NCBI RefSeq assembly: GCF_004010195.1 | Contig: NC_057719.1 | Coordinates: 21,040,979 to 21,104,978 of the forward strand | DNA: 64,000 nt | Reading direction: 5' to 3' | Source: Chiloscyllium plagiosum | Taxonomy: Eukaryota | Shown: piece by piece, positions 62,063 to 64,000 of the stretch | Layout: each line of letters begins with the position of its first letter | Numbering within the stretch: the first letter of the stretch is position 1 | Program-made: the position numbers and the translations under genes | Notes under the pieces: model-generated | Database searches by the model: none | What the model was told of the DNA's origin: nothing | The model's input: the letters and a program-made list of their open reading frames with translations, nothing else

Positions 62063-62972
62063 AACCTTTTTAGGCTTTTTAGACTTTTTAGTCTTTAATC
62101 TTTTTAGATTAGTTCTTATAGCACAAAAGGAGGTCATTCTGCCAATAGCACACCTCAAATAATTCAATGATTTGAAATTTTTAAACTGTTACAGCCAAAA
62201 TTTGTAAATTGTAAAAATCAAGGAAAACAACAATATAACTGAGGAATGCACTCGGCACAAGAGGCAACTTAAAGCATTGGCTTTAAGCTTTGCATCATTC
62301 TGACAAAATGCTGGAGGAATGCTGGTCAATCAGGCATATTTCAGCTCACAGATCTAACCATTGTGAACAGCAATTGGGAATGCCACAAGCACACTGTGGC
62401 TGCAAGCCTCAAGCTCAATCTTCTACCCAGGAGTCAACAGACATTTGCTAATTGGATCTAGATTCCACCTGTCACAGGTTCCAAACCATTGTAACCCTGA
62501 TCGCCCCAGCCCGAATGGAATCCCACTCAGTGCCACAAGTTCTTTGGTTGCCCTATGTTCAGTTTCCATCTGGACAAGTATGTTGGCATTCCTCTTGTTG
62601 TCACATACAGCAGGATGTTCTCCTTTTAAGTGTCACACTATAACCATATAGAGGAGCATGGGGAAAGAATTAAGAGGCTGTTGCAATTACAGTGTAGGCA
62701 AAATGTATGTTTATTGACATAATATTGCATCTGTAAGTATAGTTTTTAAAAGATTGTTTACAGGATGCAGGCTCTGTTGGTCCAGTATTTATTGGCCAGG
62801 GGGTAATTAAGAGTCAGTCACATTGCTGTGGGTCGGGAGTCCAAACAGGATAAGCATGGCAGATTTCCATCCCTATATGTTAACTCTGGTTCTTCTGAAT
62901 TGTTCAGAACCCTTGCTCCAGGATTTTGTGCACAGATAGATCTAACTGCTGTAAATGAAGCACTAGTGAACC

Positions 62973-63066
62973 AAAACAAAACTTGCTGGAAACATTCAGC
63001 AGGTCTGGCAGCATCTGTGGAAAGCTATCAGAGTTAACATTTCAGTTCAAGTGACCCTTCTTCAGA
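62973..63066 (-). mobile_element. Old PLE family E mini-fragment ending at the hammerhead
   Basis: Reverse complement CUGAAGA-A-GGGUC-acuu-GAACU-GAAA-UG-UU-aac. Confidence 0.65.
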
Positions 63067-64000
63067 TCAGACTTTCATCTATTTGAAAGATCAGCTATGA
63101 GCTGTACGTCAATTCAGCTCCCAGAACCATCAGTTCAGCCAATCTAGAAACAAAAGTATTTACCCTATTCCAATTCACATCAGAACCAAACACCTAGAAA
63201 TTTAGCCACAAAAGGCCTCACAATGTGCTGTGAATCTTGTATTTTACAAGAACCTAATTTTAATTATTTAGCATTGAAACCATTTTAGAAACCATAGTGA
63301 GAATCCCGAAGAACTTAAAATCGGGGTCTGAGACCACTGTGCACTGTAAAATGATTCTATTGTTATCTGTATCCAACATATATACATGTGGATGTGATCA
63401 AAATATGTGTGACATTATCCTTAATTTGGAATAAATCTGTGAAAATAAATAATGATGAACAAACTCATAAAAGTTTGCTACTGAGTAATTGGAATAGGTG
63501 CTCCCAGTCAGAAAAGACAGGTTGCTCTATATTCTAGTGTACTGATCACAGTAAGAGAACATTCACATTCCGTGTGCTGTGGTGTTACCACCACAATTGT
63601 GTCCAGCACACTCCAACCACTGTGGATGATTCCATTGATAAATCAAAAGTTGAAAATTAGGAAAAATTTGTAAACTGCAAATCTAAGAATGGCAGTAATT
63701 TTGCAATTTGGTCTTAAATCTTTAAAGCAACAAAAGATGCAGAGCAGCTTGCAAAGGTTTATAAAGAGTGGCAGCAGATTGTTGGGACAAATAAGAGAAT
63801 ATAAACCAGTTCACCTCAGGCTTCTCAGTCCATTTGTGATATTAGCTGGAGTCAAGAGGTTCTGTCAGATAGTAGCTTTGTCCCATTTCCATTGGTTTCA
63901 TTAATTCATTAGCACAAGTGATCTTTGATTCTCTGAGTGTTTTACTTTTCAAATGGGTTTTCAATGACAAAAAAATGTCTTTTTTAAAATGAAAAAAAAT

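Overview
This window is eukaryotic, repeat-dominated, apparently non-genic (intergenic or deep intronic) DNA with six assembly gaps. It is inferred to come from a cartilaginous fish because of many HE1-type V-SINEs and shark-type CR1 LINEs. No intact cellular gene could be supported. Nearly all informative ORFs are broken pieces of retroelements: CR1 LINEs (zinc-finger plus SGNH-esterase ORF1, APE/RT ORF2), at least five Penelope-like element (PLE) families (RT plus GIY-YIG), Rex1/Babar, Tx1/L1-like and decayed Ty3/Gypsy remnants, and three SINE families. The most notable signal lies in the PLE terminal repeats. About 18 minimal type-I hammerhead ribozyme motifs (CUGAnGA-stem II-GAAA-2 nt-UH) occur across these families, with covarying stem II and a palindromic stem III. 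Two recurrent insertion architectures are seen, both bounded by 7-16 bp target-site duplications. (i) Discrete ~125-bp mini-elements begin exactly at the hammerhead core. (ii) Fold-back insertions of 61 bp to 2.5 kb have one arm carrying a 3' tail (~35 nt in most) and an inverted arm lacking it. PLE family letters (A-E) are my own working labels. Boundaries of old, decayed repeats are approximate.
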